Assembly: GCA_043813075.1 (NCBI GenBank)
Contig: JBDRLL010000033.1
Span: 15,786-79,785 of the forward strand
Reading direction: 5' to 3'
Source: Candidatus Altiarchaeota archaeon
GTDB lineage: Archaea > Altiarchaeota > Altiarchaeia > IMC4 > SCGC-AAA252-I15
DNA: 64,000 bases
Shown here: positions 19,894 to 28,802 of the stretch, in pieces
Layout: each line of letters opens with the position of its first letter
Numbering within the stretch: the stretch's first letter is position 1
Position numbers and translations under genes: made by a program
The notes under the pieces: model-generated
Told to the model about the DNA's origin: nothing
Seen by the model: only the letters and a program-made list of their open reading frames with translations
Databases searched by the model: none

Positions 19894-21023
19894 AGAGCAT
19901 ACTGCTGACTGTTCTGACTATGCTGGTGGCCATGGCTGCCGTGAGGACGATGACTGGCACTGTTAAAGAAGGCATTGGGGATTCTGTAGAATCCATTGGA
20001 GAGCGGCTGGAGTCCATAGGCTATGTCCCCTACGTGGTTGATGACGAGAATCCTGACATGGAGGGGGTTACCGTATACGATAGAGGGCTTGCTTATCAGG
20101 GATTGAACCTGTATACTCCGGCCAGGCTCGGCAGGTCATACCTGATGGACATGGAGGGGAATAAGATGCACGAATGGAAGGCGCCCAAGGGGTTCCCAGG
20201 AAAATGGGAGTTCGCGAACACGGTGGACAACAATTCGCTCATTATAGTGATACGCGACCACCTGTCAAAGATGTGGTGGAATTCGAGCGTAGAGTGGACT
20301 TCGAAGGGTAAGTATCACCACGATTTTGACGTGTCAGAAGAGGGGGACATATACGCCCTAAGCAAGGGCATCAGGAGGTATGAAGGTGTCGGGAGGATAC
20401 TAGACAACCATATTGTGGTACTAACGCCGGAGGGGAGAGTCAAAAAGAGGATATCAGTGTTCAAACTACTCGGAGAGGAATACGTTAAGAGGGTGATGAA
20501 GCTCAACGAGACCAGGGACGTGTTCCACGCGAACACCATAGATTTGATAGAGGATGACGTCGGCATCGGAGTGGAGGGTGACGTGCTACTATGCTTCAGG
20601 AACATAAACCTCGTTGCGATAGCTGACTTGGAGGATGAGAGGATAGTATGGAGTTGGGGTGAAGATGAGCTTAGATGGCCCCATCACCCCACGATACTCG
20701 AGAACGGGAACATACAGGTCTTTGACAACCGAGCTGGCAGTGGAAGCTCGCGAGTTGTAGAATACGACCCGATTGGGGGGGAGATAGTCTGGGAGTATGA
20801 GGGAGACCCCCCGAAATCGTTTTACACTTCCACTAGGGGCGGCAGCCAGAGGCTTCCTAACGGAAACATACTTATCACCGAGACCAACAGGGGGAGGGTA
20901 TTCGAGGTCACTGGAGATGGCAGGATCGTGTGGGAGTATTGGATACCGGAAAGGTACGACGGCAAGAGGGCTGTCGTATACAGGATGATACGGTTGGGGT
21001 CAGGCTCCTTTAAAGAAATTTAA
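19890..21023 (+). CDS. ASST-like protein, copy 2
   Basis: Same motifs (YHHDF, FHAN, PHHP, FDN, QRLPNGN); 4-bp overlap with copy 1. Confidence 0.85.
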   Translation: MKSILLTVLTMLVAMAAVRTMTGTVKEGIGDSVESIGERLESIGYVPYVVDDENPDMEGVTVYDRGLAYQGLNLYTPARLGRSYLMDMEGNKMHEWKAPKGFPGKWEFANTVDNNSLIIVIRDHLSKMWWNSSVEWTSKGKYHHDFDVSEEGDIYALSKGIRRYEGVGRILDNHIVVLTPEGRVKKRISVFKLLGEEYVKRVMKLNETRDVFHANTIDLIEDDVGIGVEGDVLLCFRNINLVAIADLEDERIVWSWGEDELRWPHHPTILENGNIQVFDNRAGSGSSRVVEYDPIGGEIVWEYEGDPPKSFYTSTRGGSQRLPNGNILITETNRGRVFEVTGDGRIVWEYWIPERYDGKRAVVYRMIRLGSGSFKEI

Positions 21024-21040
21024 GTGTTATATACGAATAA

Positions 21041-22231
21041 GTGAGGAATATGTTTTCAAGGCGATTAGGGGCGTATATTATCCTGGCAATTTTGGTCGTG
21101 ATAATCCTGATTGCAAACCATTTAAAGGGCCATATTGCCGTGGGAGAGGAGTCAATTGATGTCGAAGGTCCGCAACATGGCAACAATATTTCGATCGAGG
21201 AAAGACTGAAGTCCCTGGGTTATTTGTCGTACGTTGTCGAAGAGAGGGACCCTAGCAAGAATGGCGTAACAATACACGACAGGATGCGCGCCTATCAGGG
21301 GCTTAACCTCTACACTCCAGAAGACATTGGGGTAGTATACCTCATCGACATGGACGGCAACAAGGTCTTTGAATGGAAGGCTAAGGAGGGCGTTCCGAGG
21401 AACTGGAGGTACGCTAAGATAGCGGAAAACATGTCTATCCTAGTCAACATAGGGCTCTCTGAGATCGCGAGGATAGACAGGGACTCCAGCCTAGTTTGGA
21501 TAACGAATCAAAGCGGATACCACCACGACCTGACAGTCGCAGAGAACGGCGACATATACGCTATAAGGGCGATAGTCAGACATATTGAGGGTATTGGAAA
21601 CATCCTAGACGAAAATATCGTTGTGATGGACGAGAATGGTGACGAGAAGAGAGCCATCTCACTATTCGATATTCTTGGGAAGAGATTCGTCAGGGATAGG
21701 ATACAGGTTAGGAAGGACAACATAGACATATTCCACGTAAACAGTATCGGGATAATACCGAGAGAGATAGGGGTTGCTAGAAAGGGGGATGTCATGATAT
21801 GCGTTAGGAACATGAACCTTATAGTGATAGTAAACACCACGGACGGAAGAGTAATGTGGAGGGGTGGCAGATACATTCTCGAGCGCCCGCACAACCCGGT
21901 CATACTACCCAACAACAACATACTCGTCTTCGACAACGGACCGTTCAGGGGATACTCAAGGGTGCTGTCAATCGACCCACGTAAAAGAGAATTGGTGGGG
22001 GAATATAATATGAAAAACGAGTCTTTCTTCACCGCCAACATGGGAGGTAACCAGAGACTGCCCAACGGAAACACGCTCATAACAGAATCGGACAAGGGAA
22101 GAGCATTTGAGATAACCAGTAGGGGGGAGATAGTCTGGGAATTCTACGTGCCAGAGAGGGATGATAATGGTAACAGACCAGTGATATACAGGATGCATCG
22201 GGTAAGACCCAGCGTAATAGAGAGGGTTTAG
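21041..22231 (+). CDS. ASST-like protein, copy 3
   Basis: YHHDL, FHVN, PHNP, FDNG, QRLPNGNTLITES. Confidence 0.85.
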   Translation: MRNMFSRRLGAYIILAILVVIILIANHLKGHIAVGEESIDVEGPQHGNNISIEERLKSLGYLSYVVEERDPSKNGVTIHDRMRAYQGLNLYTPEDIGVVYLIDMDGNKVFEWKAKEGVPRNWRYAKIAENMSILVNIGLSEIARIDRDSSLVWITNQSGYHHDLTVAENGDIYAIRAIVRHIEGIGNILDENIVVMDENGDEKRAISLFDILGKRFVRDRIQVRKDNIDIFHVNSIGIIPREIGVARKGDVMICVRNMNLIVIVNTTDGRVMWRGGRYILERPHNPVILPNNNILVFDNGPFRGYSRVLSIDPRKRELVGEYNMKNESFFTANMGGNQRLPNGNTLITESDKGRAFEITSRGEIVWEFYVPERDDNGNRPVIYRMHRVRPSVIERV

Positions 22232-22247
22232 CAAGTTTCAGGCAGGC

Positions 22248-23450
22248 ATGTTTTATTTGATGGAATCATATTCATACCTGATGCTCGAGTCGCCGATAAT
22301 ACAGTTGCTCTTAATACTGCTGGCAGGATGGTACATGGGTAGGCTTTTCAGGAAAAGCCTCGACCTGCCGCCGATGCTCGGAGAGCTGATAGCCGGACTA
22401 ATCTTCGGACCGTCCATACTGAACCTCATACACCCGAGCGAGTACATAGACTTCCTAGCAGAGCTTGGAATATTCTTCCTAATGTTCTACGCTGGGACTG
22501 AAACCGACCCTAAAATGTTCTTCAAATCATTGAGGCCGTCAATACTCTGCGGGATAATGGGCTTCGTGATACCCTTCACCCTCGGATATTATGGGACTGT
22601 ATTCCTCATGCCCTCCGCGACAATGTACCAGGCGCTTTTCATAGGTCTTGGCCTCTCCATCACAGCCATAGCCGTTAACGCCAGGATACTCATGGACTTG
22701 AACATGCAGAACAGCAAGATAGGCCACATACTGATAGGTGCGGCACTTGTCGATGACATACTGTCGCTGGGCTTCTTCTCCGCCCTGGTGGATACGATAA
22801 AGATTGGTCATTTCTCCTATTCTTCAGTCACTGTTTCGATGCTTCACGTGATAATGTTCTTCCTCATAACATATGGGATAGGTAAGCTCGTGCTGCCTAT
22901 GGTCAACAAATACTATCTTGAGAAGGAGGGTCACGGATTCACGTTCAGCCTGCTGACTGCACTTGTTTTCTCCGTTATCGCGGAGTCGATGGGACTCCAC
23001 CTTATTATCGGGGCCTTCCTCGCGGGACTGTTCGTTAGGGAGGAGATGAAGGAGGATAAGCTGATTGACATGCTGAACGACAGGCTTATGATCATAAGCT
23101 ATGGATTCCTTGGGCCGGTATTCTTCGTCTCGCTCGCATTCAACGTGGAGCTGTCTGCGATATTGCATGAGGCATTCTTTCTTATCGTGGTGCTAGTCAT
23201 CGCCTTGGGGGGGAAGTTCATCGGCGCATACCTGGGGTGTGTGATGGCGAAGGTCAGGAGGGAGGATAGCATAATTATATCCGCTGGGATGAACGGGCGT
23301 GGAGCCGTTGAGCTCATACTCGTCAGCGCTGGAGTCAGCCTGGGCATACTGAACAACCAGATCGTCACCATACTAGTGTCTATGGCTTTCATAACAACAC
23401 TGATAACGCCAATAGCCTTCAAGACCCTCCTCAAAAGGTATGGTAGGTAG
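22248..23450 (+). CDS. Cation:proton antiporter (CPA2, NapA/Kef-like)
   Basis: About 12 TM helices; GELIAGLIFGP, SITAIAV, AALVDD, GAFLAGL, GMNGRGAVEL. Confidence 0.92.
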   Translation: MFYLMESYSYLMLESPIIQLLLILLAGWYMGRLFRKSLDLPPMLGELIAGLIFGPSILNLIHPSEYIDFLAELGIFFLMFYAGTETDPKMFFKSLRPSILCGIMGFVIPFTLGYYGTVFLMPSATMYQALFIGLGLSITAIAVNARILMDLNMQNSKIGHILIGAALVDDILSLGFFSALVDTIKIGHFSYSSVTVSMLHVIMFFLITYGIGKLVLPMVNKYYLEKEGHGFTFSLLTALVFSVIAESMGLHLIIGAFLAGLFVREEMKEDKLIDMLNDRLMIISYGFLGPVFFVSLAFNVELSAILHEAFFLIVVLVIALGGKFIGAYLGCVMAKVRREDSIIISAGMNGRGAVELILVSAGVSLGILNNQIVTILVSMAFITTLITPIAFKTLLKRYGR

Positions 23451-23486
23451 TCCTCTTTTTTCATGCAATACCCTATATCTTATCCC

Positions 23487-25559
23487 ATGCTTTTCAGAGA
23501 ACTGGATATCGCGGACGAGTTCAAGAACATCATCGACGCCCTGGGAGTGGAGAGGCTATACCCGCCCCAGGAGGATGCGGTAAAAGCAGGGATACTGGAG
23601 AAGAAGAACCTTATACTCTGCACTCCAACCGCCTCCGGGAAGACGCTGACCGCGGAACTTGCAATAATGAAGGCGTTGGAGTCGGGGGGGAAGGCAGTGT
23701 ATATAGTGCCGCTCCGAGCCCTAGCCTACGAGAAGTACGTTGAATTCAGGAAGTACGAGCAGCTAGGATACAAGGTACGGCTCGAGGTGGGGGACCTGGA
23801 CTCCAGCAAATACAAGCGAAAACCAGCGTTCGACATCATAGTGGCGACCGCGGAAAAATGCGATTCCATACTAAGGAGCAGGCCCAGATGGTTCCAGGGG
23901 ACAAGCGTCCTAGTGCTCGACGAGATACACTTGATAGCCTCCGACCGCGGGCCAGTATACGAGGTATTGACTGCTAAGTTCAGGAACATATACCCGGACG
24001 TCCAGGTGCTCGGCCTGTCTGCGACCATCGGCAACGCCGGCGAGCTGGCTGAATGGCTGAACGCAGACCTCCTGCAGTCCGACTGGAGGCCTGTGAAGCT
24101 GAACGAGAGCGTAGTCGTTAGGGAGGATGAGTCGCTGGGTGATGTCGTAGCCTCCAGTGTGGCTGAAGGGCAGGTGCTTGTTTTCGTGAACTCTAGACGG
24201 AGCGCGGAGGCTGTCGCCGAGAAACTGGGTAACGAGCTTAACCTAGCTTCAGACAGCGAAAGACTGGGGGGGATAGCAGAGGAAGTCCTCGACGCCCTGG
24301 GCAACCCAACAAGACAATGCAAGAGGCTCGCAGAATGCGTGAGGCGGGGGACCGCATTCCATCATGCAGGCCTCGTCAACAAGCAGCGGATACTCATAGA
24401 GGACGCATTCAAGGAAGGGCTTGTGAAGGTGATATCCGCAACACCAACGCTCGCTGCGGGAGTGAACCTTCCGGCGAGGACAGTAGTGGTGAGGGACGTG
24501 AAGAGGTTCACGCAGAACGGCATGGCGTACATACCTGTCTTAGAGTACAAGCAGCAGGTTGGCCGCGCAGGAAGGCCGAAATATGATAAGGTTGGTGATG
24601 CTATCACCATCGCGTCGAGCAGTGATGAGGCAGGGTATATTGACGAGCACTACGTTCACGGAGAGCCGGAGGACATCCACTCGCAGTTGGGTATAAAGCC
24701 TGTCTTGAGGTTCCACAGCCTGGCTTCCATAGCTTCATCGTTCACCAGGACGAGTGACGCGTTGATAGAGTTCTTCAGAGCCACTTTCTTCGGATTCCAG
24801 TACGGGGTTAGGAGCGAGTTCGAGTCCATGATAAATGAGATCGTGTCTGAGCTGGTTGAATGGGGCTTCGTGAAGACTGAAAACAGGTTCCTTGCGGCGA
24901 CAGAGCTAGGCGCCAGGGTGTCGGAGTTGTACATAGACCCGATGACCGCCCACAACTACCTTGAACTCCTGAATAAGGCGGAGGAGGGGGAGAAATTCTC
25001 TGAACTCGGGCTGCTTGAAGTGCTTTCAGACGCAGTGGAGATAATCCACCTGCCTGTGAAGCACAAGGAGGAGGCGGTCATATGGGAGGAAGCCTACAGG
25101 GTGGAGGACGAGCTGCTGAGGGATCTCGGAGGATTCGACCTGGACTTCCAGTTCCTCAACCGGTTCAAGACCGCGAAAATGTTTGTGGACTGGGTTAACG
25201 AGAAGACTGAGGACGGGATACTGGAGGACTATAACGTCACGCCAGGACAGTTGAACATGAGGCTGCAGAACCTGGAGTGGCTCTGCTATGCTGCGTCAGA
25301 ACTGACTAGGATCACGAAGTTGAGGAAGAGCCATGTCGAATTGAGCAGGCTGGGTGTTAGAATCAAGTACGGGGTCCGGAAGGAGCTGCTGCCGCTAGTG
25401 GCGTTCAAGGAGGTCGGCCGCGTTAGGGCGCGGAAGCTCTTCAGAGATGGTTTGAAGACTCCTTCAGACCTTAAGAAGGCCAGTCTCACTGAGATGGCGG
25501 ACATAGTTGGCTTGAAGACTGCGAGAAAGATAAAATCCCAGTTGGCTGGATTCGACTGA
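23487..25559 (+). CDS. hel308: Hel308/Ski2-like SF2 DNA helicase
   Basis: PTASGKT, DEIH, LSAT, AFHHAGL, TPTLAAGVNLPA, GRAGRP, C-terminal HhH VGRVRARKLF. Confidence 0.93.
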   Translation: MLFRELDIADEFKNIIDALGVERLYPPQEDAVKAGILEKKNLILCTPTASGKTLTAELAIMKALESGGKAVYIVPLRALAYEKYVEFRKYEQLGYKVRLEVGDLDSSKYKRKPAFDIIVATAEKCDSILRSRPRWFQGTSVLVLDEIHLIASDRGPVYEVLTAKFRNIYPDVQVLGLSATIGNAGELAEWLNADLLQSDWRPVKLNESVVVREDESLGDVVASSVAEGQVLVFVNSRRSAEAVAEKLGNELNLASDSERLGGIAEEVLDALGNPTRQCKRLAECVRRGTAFHHAGLVNKQRILIEDAFKEGLVKVISATPTLAAGVNLPARTVVVRDVKRFTQNGMAYIPVLEYKQQVGRAGRPKYDKVGDAITIASSSDEAGYIDEHYVHGEPEDIHSQLGIKPVLRFHSLASIASSFTRTSDALIEFFRATFFGFQYGVRSEFESMINEIVSELVEWGFVKTENRFLAATELGARVSELYIDPMTAHNYLELLNKAEEGEKFSELGLLEVLSDAVEIIHLPVKHKEEAVIWEEAYRVEDELLRDLGGFDLDFQFLNRFKTAKMFVDWVNEKTEDGILEDYNVTPGQLNMRLQNLEWLCYAASELTRITKLRKSHVELSRLGVRIKYGVRKELLPLVAFKEVGRVRARKLFRDGLKTPSDLKKASLTEMADIVGLKTARKIKSQLAGFD

Positions 25560-26477
25560 CTACCTTAGGTTTTCAAGCAGCTCGCAGACCTTGCATTTTT
25601 CCCCTGAAGACGGCTCCCCGCATAGGGGGCAGTACTTCATCTTCTTCCCTGCGTAATCCTGCCTGAGCAGTCCTATGAGCCGGTCTGTGCTGTTCAGCAT
25701 CTGATACTTGCTTCCAGGATGGCGTTTCTCGAGGGTGTCGAGCATGGACTTGACGCTCCTTCTGAACGCACCCTTAGCGTGCGGGCAGTCAAATGATGCT
25801 ATGGGAATCCTGTTAAGCCTGGCGTAGAGCTTCACCTCATCCTCTGGAATCTCCCTGAGAGGCTTTATGCGCGGGACGAAACGCTCGTCCCCGACAACAC
25901 CCACTATAGGCCCGAGCCTGCTGGTCCGGTCGTATTCCCCGCGCACGAAGTTCATGAAGGAGGATTGGACTTCATCGTCAAGGTTGTGGCCTGTAGCTAT
26001 GCGGGATACCCCCAGCTCAATTGCCTTGGTGTTCAATAGCCTGCGGCGTAGCACGCCGCAGTAAGTGCACGCGTTCACGCCCTCATCCCTGACCTTGCGC
26101 ATTATGTCGTCCAGTTTGATGCCGTACTCCTCCTTAAAGGAGTATGTGTGGGATTTGACTCCGGTCTTATCACAATATTTGGACACCTTGTTGAACACCT
26201 TCTTTTTGCCCCTTATGCCCTCGTCTATGACTATGGTGACGACCTCGATTTTCGGATTCCTTGACGTTAGATCCATCAGTAGCTTAAGGACGGTCATGGA
26301 GTCCTTGCCGCCAGACAATGCGACCGCGATCCTGCCTGAAGAAGGCAGGAGCTTGTTTATCCTTACAGTCTTCCTAACCCTCTTCTCCAACAGCCTGCTG
26401 AAGCAGCCCTCACACATTGTCTTGCCGTAATACCTGAGTTTAACGACAGCCCTGCTGCCGCAGTCGTCGCAGTTCAT
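25560..26477 (-). CDS. tRNA 2-thiolation protein (TtuA/NcsA/Ctu1, TIGR00269-like)
   Basis: N- and C-terminal Zn fingers, ALSGGKDS, CTYCGVLRR, TGHNLDD, PRIKPL, CPHA. Confidence 0.92.
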   Translation of the reverse strand: MNCDDCGSRAVVKLRYYGKTMCEGCFSRLLEKRVRKTVRINKLLPSSGRIAVALSGGKDSMTVLKLLMDLTSRNPKIEVVTIVIDEGIRGKKKVFNKVSKYCDKTGVKSHTYSFKEEYGIKLDDIMRKVRDEGVNACTYCGVLRRRLLNTKAIELGVSRIATGHNLDDEVQSSFMNFVRGEYDRTSRLGPIVGVVGDERFVPRIKPLREIPEDEVKLYARLNRIPIASFDCPHAKGAFRRSVKSMLDTLEKRHPGSKYQMLNSTDRLIGLLRQDYAGKKMKYCPLCGEPSSGEKCKVCELLENLR

Positions 26478-26926
26478 TTCAATTCGTAGACTTCCTCAAT
26501 CCTCTTCAGAACCCTCTCAGTGAAGGCGGCGGACTCCTTAACAACCTCCATTGTGTAGTCCTTGAACGCCCTGCTGGGAGGCTTGTTGGATGTGAACCTG
26601 TATTTCCCCGCGAAATTGTCTATGAGACGTATGTTCTGGAAGTACTTAAGCCAGACCTGCAGGTTACGGTCCGTCAGACCCCACATTGGGTCCTTTGACT
26701 TACGCCTGCGCCTTAACTCCAGAATAAGTATCTTGATTTCCCCCGCGCCAAGGGATACGTCCTTCGTCTTGGCGTTAACCAATACTTCAATCAGGTCCCT
26801 TGCGACGTCGGATGTTATCCCAATAGAGTCCAGGAACAATTCGACAAGCTCCCTCCTGTCGTCAGTAAGCAGAGCGGACTCGTCAAACCACCTGAATTTG
26901 ATGTCAGCTAGGAGATCCCTCATCAA
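26474..26926 (-). CDS. Hypothetical protein, possibly winged-helix
   Basis: Overlaps the TtuA-like start by 4 bp; helix-turn-helix plus beta-wing-like pattern. Confidence 0.65.
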   Translation of the reverse strand: MMRDLLADIKFRWFDESALLTDDRRELVELFLDSIGITSDVARDLIEVLVNAKTKDVSLGAGEIKILILELRRRRKSKDPMWGLTDRNLQVWLKYFQNIRLIDNFAGKYRFTSNKPPSRAFKDYTMEVVKESAAFTERVLKRIEEVYELK

Positions 26927-26989
26927 CTAGGATATTCAACTTCCAGGCTTAAATGAGTTGTTTTATATAGGGAAGACTTATATTAAGGT

Positions 26990-27475
26990 ATGGGCGACAA
27001 GCCGATACTGGAGAGGCAGTTCAACGAAGACCTGGACATTGAAGCCAAACTGGGGGAGGGAGGCGTCATAGCCAGACTATACCTGGAAGTCCAAGGAAAC
27101 GACAAGGAGGCCGCTCAAAAGGCCTTGGAGAGCACTATCTTCGAGAAGATGAATTCGGAGCCCATGATGGACCTGCTTGAAGCCAAACTCTATGACATAG
27201 AGGAGAGTGAGGACAAAAAGTTCTTCTCTGGCGTCGCAGAGGTCAAGCTCATTGCAGACGACTTCAGGAGCTTCATAAACGTGTCCATGAGGTACGGGCC
27301 CACCGCCATAGAGATAATAGAGCCTGATGAAGTCAGCCTTGACTTGGATAAGATGCATGCGATAGCAGGCGACGTCAGCAGCATGATGCAACTCTTCTCT
27401 AACCAGATTATAAGCATGCTAAAGGACCCTGAGAGAGCAGCCCTGTACAGGCAGATGATAGAGAAAGAGGGTTGA
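26990..27475 (+). CDS. Hypothetical acidic alpha/beta protein
   Basis: Clean ORF after a TATA-like tract; LEVQG and YGPTAIEIIEP motifs. Confidence 0.75.
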   Translation: MGDKPILERQFNEDLDIEAKLGEGGVIARLYLEVQGNDKEAAQKALESTIFEKMNSEPMMDLLEAKLYDIEESEDKKFFSGVAEVKLIADDFRSFINVSMRYGPTAIEIIEPDEVSLDLDKMHAIAGDVSSMMQLFSNQIISMLKDPERAALYRQMIEKEG

Positions 27476-27516
27476 ATTCACATTATAATAGCCTTTAGGG
27501 GGTAAATAATACTAAG

Positions 27517-28590
27517 ATGAGGTATTTAGCCATCTTCGCAGCGCTATTGATATTTGCTTCTACAAGCTCAGCCGACACCATCAGCGACATAAACCTGTGG
27601 ATCGGCGATGACGGGATAACGTGGATAGAGGAGAGGATAACGGTAAGTGACAGTGAAGCAGCCTACTCCAGCATACTGGTCCCTGATTTCATAAGCAACG
27701 TAACAGTACTCGGGCCGGAGGGAAGGCTGAACTACACTCTGATGCCTGAAGGGAAATACAATAGGGTGCTCTTCTACCTTAAGAGGCCGCTGGAAGAGGG
27801 TGAGACCAAGGACGTCTGGGTTAAGTTCGGCAGCCCCCTTCTCACCGCTAAGACCGGCGGCAACTGGGTTGTGAGCTACTATACGCCAACTACCTCTGGG
27901 GCCACCATAATGAGGATTAACTTTCCTGTTGGGACGAAGATAATATCCCTGAAGCCGGATGACATACTTAGGAGCTATGACAAGTATGCTCTCTGGCTCT
28001 ACCCCCATAGGGAGGAGATAGAATTCAAGGTGACCTACGAGTATGGTAACATCCCCGCCCCAACAACCACTACGACGATCATAATGGAGGCTCCTGTGAA
28101 CGACAGCAGGCAGATTGACGCGGGAATCATAATGATAGAGTACAGGACCTTCCTGATGATAGTGGGGGTATTATTCTCACTGATAACCCTTCTTGTGGTG
28201 TTCATAGTGTGGAAGAAGAGGCTTTCACTTGTCGTAAGGGAGGAGAATAACATAGGGCGGAGGGTGGACTACGAGCCTGACGAGTTAATAGGTGGTTCCA
28301 CTCTCGTCAACGGTAGCATATCTTACAGCATAAACGGTGATGAAAAGAGGGGTTCTGGGAAGGTTAAGGATTCTGTAATCAAGATGCTTGACGAGAAAGA
28401 GCTTGCCATAGTGAAGATACTAGAGAAAGCAGAGGAGGAAGTCACCCAAGCATACATCTACAAGACAACAGGAATACCTAAAACAAGCTTATCAGACATT
28501 ATAAGGCGGATAGAGAAGAGAAATATAGTTGAAATAAAAAAAGAGGGTAGGACAAACTGGATAAGTCTAAAAGAATGGGTACTAGAGTAG
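27517..28590 (+). CDS. Membrane-anchored regulator: signal peptide, extracellular beta domain, TM, C-terminal winged HTH (COG2512-like)
   Basis: Signal peptide, PTTTTT linker, TM (FLMIVG...FIVW), C-terminal TQAYIY.TTGIPKTSLSDIIRRIEKRNIV..KKEGRTNWI. Confidence 0.85.
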   Translation: MRYLAIFAALLIFASTSSADTISDINLWIGDDGITWIEERITVSDSEAAYSSILVPDFISNVTVLGPEGRLNYTLMPEGKYNRVLFYLKRPLEEGETKDVWVKFGSPLLTAKTGGNWVVSYYTPTTSGATIMRINFPVGTKIISLKPDDILRSYDKYALWLYPHREEIEFKVTYEYGNIPAPTTTTTIIMEAPVNDSRQIDAGIIMIEYRTFLMIVGVLFSLITLLVVFIVWKKRLSLVVREENNIGRRVDYEPDELIGGSTLVNGSISYSINGDEKRGSGKVKDSVIKMLDEKELAIVKILEKAEEEVTQAYIYKTTGIPKTSLSDIIRRIEKRNIVEIKKEGRTNWISLKEWVLE

Positions 28591-28609
28591 ATAAAGAAAA
28601 AATAAGCTC

Positions 28610-28755
28610 TGTCGTACCTTTAAATCATATAAATAGGATGTTCGTACATTATATAGTATTTAAGTGGAATATAGGCCTGTTTGTACGACTTAAATTATAA
28701 ATATAGGCAAATCTAATTGATAGAAGTCAAGTAGCATGCGTACAGCATGTACCTT
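28610..28755 (+). promoter_or_regulatory. AT-rich promoter region with repeated GTAC-core motifs and TATA-like boxes
   Basis: GTCGTAC 28611, TTCGTAC 28641, GTACGAC 28683 (inverse of the first), further GTAC at about 28740 and 28749; TTTAAAT/TTATAAAT tracts; AGGAGG SD before 28803. Confidence 0.5.
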
Positions 28756-28802
28756 GAAAAAAACTAAAAAAACTATAAGAAAATAGGAGGTAAGCAACCA
28801 AA

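Noticed and set aside
25530-25559. PIP box at the Hel308 C-terminus (KSQLAGFD)
   Set aside because: Gln spacing does not fit QxxLxxF.
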